The position numbers were made by a program, and so were the translations under genes. From NCBI RefSeq assembly GCF_009914755.1, contig NC_060934.1: a stretch of DNA of 64,000 bases; one strand, written 5' to 3'. Of this stretch, positions 59,479 to 64,000 are shown in pieces. The notes beneath the pieces are model-generated. The model was not told where the DNA came from. It made no database searches and saw only the letters and a list, made by a program, of their open reading frames with translations. The stretch is from the human T2T-CHM13v2.0 reference genome, Homo sapiens. Position 1 is the stretch's first letter, and every line of letters starts with the position of its first letter.

Positions 59479-61304
59479 AATAAGAAGACAGTTTGAGATG
59501 CCAAGTGGAAAGCCACCTCTTGGAGATTACTAGATTCCATCTTTACTGTCAGTTCTTGGGGAGCCCAGGGAGCTCACATGGGTATCAGATGGGATTTTAC
59601 TCCACACAACTGCATAGCAATTGTGAGAAGCTCAGGCAATACCAGATCTAGAGCTCCATATTCAATTAGGCAGGTATTTTATCAAATGTCAGTGTACAAG
59701 TCAGTTTTCTTCCTTCCCTTCAGAATTGCTTTTTCTAATTTCATTATGTCCCTAGCCTTGGCACTAAGACCAATTAGAAGAGAATAAAGATAATGTCTGG
59801 GAGTGTGTGGGCTGAACAGATAAAAGCTGTCACTTGCAGATCACAGTGGAGCTTTCCTGCAGGAGTGACTCTCCTGAATCCAAACCACTTGGAGCTTATC
59901 TATAGGCTGCCTTGACTTTCCAGGACAGCTGATAGACCTGCTTCAGTCTGATTTGCAAAAGTATGCAATGATTTTCAGCTATGACCTTGACTTGTCTCTT
60001 CCTGTCTCTCCAAGCAGGCCACTCTCCAAATGCAGTTTAGTTCCATTGACCAAAGATGTTAGAAGCAAGCTCTGGGCTCAGACCTGTCATTGGGTCCTGT
60101 CTCCTTGCCCCTCAGGATGGAGGAATTCTGTGCCAAGATTTTATCTTTGCTGATCTTGGCACATTCTGACATCCTGCATGTGTGGGCCCCAGACGATCCC
60201 CAACTGTGTCCAGCTGGATAGATGTCACCAGGGAAAACCTCTCATCACAGCAGGTCACTTCCTTTCTCAGGCTACAGCCACCAGAGCTGGGTCAACTGGG
60301 GCTAGGAAAAGTAGGCCAACACAGAACTGGCTGGAGAAGGAAATCATGCAGGGCTTATTTAGAAGTGTCTATGATCCACAATGAGATTGATACCTCATCT
60401 CTGTGTAGGGAGATTTTGGAATGATCTCCATTTCCCTTCTAATTCTGAAGGCTGTGTACTGTGGTTCCAACCACGTAATTCACCCAAATTAGCACTGATG
60501 AACTAGCTTTTCACACACAAATATCTTTTCCAAGCATCAGCGTATTTTTATTTTGTGTCTCCAAATATTGCCAACGATGTGTGCCCAGGGTGTGGATATA
60601 GCAGGGCCGAACTTGGGTTGCCATCTGCACGAGGAGATGTTCCTCATATGTGCTCCTTCGCCAGTTTGCTGCCTGAAATCCTTGAACGGGAAACTGAATC
60701 TTTAATTCTACCATCTGATATAAGAACTCTATGCCAATGTGATGGGAGAAGATGCTCATTGAAAATTTCCCACCAAGATTTCAATGAATCATACAGATTC
60801 TTGCCTGAAGCTAAGCTTTGTAGGCAGTTGATATTGGGGATGGGGAAGGATGGTTGAAGCAGGAGGTCCTGGGGTCCCTGACACGGAAGAAGGTGCCTGG
60901 AAGTGCACTAAAAGGAGCATATAGAGAAAAGGAGGACAATTTCACCCACTCCACAAAGTGCTGAGTCTCTCAGTTGATGATTCTCCTGTCAGCAGAGTCT
61001 GCCTGTGGGCCAGGCATCTTGGAAGGAGAGAGGCTGCTTTGCTCCTCTCAGGCCACGATGCAGAGGCTTAGCCTCCCAAGCTTCCTTGGGCACCAAGACT
61101 AGCAGCACCCAGAGCTGGGTTTATGTTTGGTTCACCCTGAACTGCACTGACTCACCCCCAGCAGAACTGGGAGGAGCTGACCTCGTCGTGAGGCCTAGTT
61201 CTCATTCACCTGGTTATAGGCGCAGTGACTCGGCCCTGTGGTGTTCAAGCCTTCGCCAATGATGCACCTTCATGGGCAGGAATCCATGGGCCCACCCGGG
61301 TCTC

Positions 61305-61525
61305 CGTCTTAGTTCATTTGTGTTGCTATAAAGGAATACCTGAGGCTGGGCAATTTGTAAAGAAAAGAGGTTTATTTCACTTACAGTTCTTCTGGCTGTA
61401 CAGAAAGCATGGTGCTGGCATCTATATCTGGGGAGGGCCTCAGGCTGCTTCCACTCATGGCAGAGGGTGAAGGGGAGGTGAAAGGGACCTGATGTGTAGA
61501 GATCATGTGGCAAGAGACAGGAAGA
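61305..61525 (-). mobile_element. MST (MaLR) LTR, truncated at an Alu
   Basis: GTCTTAGTTCATTTGTGTTGCTATAAAGGAATACCTGAGGCTGGG...; stops about halfway through the LTR. Confidence 0.85.
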
Positions 61526-61958
61526 GGCCGAGCTCAGTGGCTCACGCCTGTAATCCCAGCACTTTGGGAGGCCGAGATGGGCGGATCACGAGGTCAGGAG
61601 ATCGAGACCATCCTGGCTAACGTGGTGAAACCCCGTCTCTACTAAAAATACAAAAAAAGTAGCCAGGCGTGGTGATGGGTACCTATAGTCCCAGCTACTT
61701 GGGAGGCTGAGGCAGGCAGATCAGTTGAGCCCAGGAATTTGAGATCAGCCTGAACAACATGGAGAAATGCAGTCTCTACAAAAAATACAAAAATTAGCTG
61801 GGAGTAATGGCCTGTGCCTGTAATCCCAGTTACTGAGGAGGCTAAAGTGGGAGGATCCCTTGAGCCCAGGAGTCTGAGGCTGCAGTGAGTCATGATCTTG
61901 CCTCTGTGCTCCAGCCTGGGCAATAGAGTGAGACCCTGTCTCAAAAAAAAAAAAAAAA
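61526..61958 (+). mobile_element. Chimeric three-monomer Alu (AluY-like 5' part, AluJ-like 3' part)
   Basis: Y-type GAGATCGAGACCATCCTGGCTAAC, two A-rich linkers and a J-type 3' portion. Confidence 0.85.
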
Positions 61959-61983
61959 GATACAGTAAAACTATGGTATTATA

Positions 61984-62357
<374 letters not shown>

Positions 62358-64000
62358 TCTTGGTCTGGACCACCTGGGACCTGGTTGAAGAGACTAGATA
62401 CCAGCTAGTTCAGCCTTTATCTTGACAAAATCAAAAGAGTTGCCAGAAAGTCCTAGAATCGCCAGTTGTATTTTAAATATTGTGCATATAAATATAATGA
62501 GCAGTATTTGGTTTTACTACCATCATTTATTTCAGCATAATTAAAGCCATTTCTTCTTTAAAAATTGACTGTCGTATTTATATTTATAATCTGAGTTCAA
62601 GATTCTAAATTTTACTAATTCTTTTACTATTTCATCTTTTAAAAAATTATCTAACATATGGAAAGAAAAGGGAAAGATTACTCATTTAACTGGAATCATG
62701 TTTGAAACACTCTGAATATATTTCCTAACATTTCCTGATTGATTGCCTGGGAAGTAAATATGCCCAAATGGTAGCATTATATTTATAATTCTAAGTCAGG
62801 AATATTTCCCTTATTGCTCTGCCTCTGAAATAGAGTCCCAAGAAAGTGCATAAAATATCAAAATAGTGTTTTCAATATCTGCCAAACCTGAACGTTTGCA
62901 TCTCAGAAAGCAAATGTGCAACTAGTGAGTAAACTGCCTCTTTGTCAAACATAAATGTGGCAAATTCTAAGGCAACTCCTTTTCGACTAAATTGTCTCAG
63001 CATGCAGAGCAGCAGGGAGAATGTTTGCTATAGGACACAGGCAAAAAAACAATCTTTATGTTATTTTTTCCAGGAGGGTATTACATTACGTTTCAGAGAG
63101 AAATGATGAGCTATTCATGATGAAATGGCACATTTTCTTGCAGAATCACCTACTCTATTTAAATGTGTTCGATTCTTTAGAAGGTGTCCCTAATGTCCCA
63201 CTGAGTCACAGTCTCCTCCCTGCCTCCTCTCCAAGTTCTTCCTTCCTAGCAGAGGAGATGTTAATGAATTCTGAAACATGACTCCTTGCTCTGGATGTCC
63301 ACGTAGCCTGACCTCTCTAGATCCACTCTGACAGCACATACATGCTTTTCAAGAGGCACAATTTTGTCTTGTCTGGAGAGCAATGTAATTAGAAAGCAAT
63401 TTGGCCCACACACGCAGCTTCCATGGTCACTTGGCACAGCCTCAGCCTCCTTCTGGCGGGGCTGGTTTTGTTCTGCTTTGGCTGGCCTCCTAGATGTCTA
63501 GCGGCTCAGTGATCCTCGTCCTCGCTTGCTCGGAGCCCAGGCTTGGCCAGACTTAGAGAGTGTCAGGTGCTGTCTGCTGGGAAGCCGTGGGGGCTGCACT
63601 GGAGCCCCACGTCGGCCCCATGTCCCACATGGCCTCCGGACATGTGCGGTGACGCCTCTGCACAAAAGAGACTCAGAGACCTGACATGAGCGGCCCAACC
63701 ACTCTGTCTGGCTGGCTTCCTTGACTTTATTTGCTGAGCATCCAGAGGACAAAGAGAATCCGGTGGCACATCCAGCCCCCCAGATCTCCCTTATTACATT
63801 GCTCACAAATTTTTCCTCATCCCCCAGGCTCCAAATTGGCAGTGATCTTTAATTCTGCTCCCTCCATTTGTCTCTGCGTCCAACAAGTTACCATATCCTA
63901 CACATTTGGCCTTCTCATTTCTGCCCTCGATACTGTAATTCAGGCCTCTTATCCAACCATTGTAACAGCCTCCCAGCTGTTATTTCCACACGGAACTCCA

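Overview
Primate, most likely human, non-coding genomic DNA; I cannot name the locus. I recognise no host protein-coding exon and no RNA gene. The long ORFs are disabled L1 ORF1/ORF2 pieces, and most short ORFs are Alu, LTR or chance readings. The window holds about 25 Alus, a 5'-truncated L1PA3-like element (13573-19277, minus strand), several older L1 fragments, three MaLR MST LTRs, an ERVL pol/dUTPase relic with its 3' LTR, and DNA-transposon, L2, MIR and L3 fossils. One CpG island (about 40970-41940) carries GC boxes, a UPRE/CREB3-type site and a USF/CLEAR-type E-box. I found no evidence for a wholly new biological system. The strongest signals are mechanistic scars readable from the sequence: an L1 3' transduction, a multi-template polymerase-theta-like insertion copying DNA from 1.4 kb away, a chimeric three-monomer Alu marking a probable Alu-Alu deletion, a twin-primed inverted L1, and an Alu with a unique 3' tail inside its target-site duplication (TSD). 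Weaker signals are plus-strand splice and recursive-splice motifs and AP-1-rich enhancer-like segments. Repeat subfamily calls come from recalled consensus features and are approximate.
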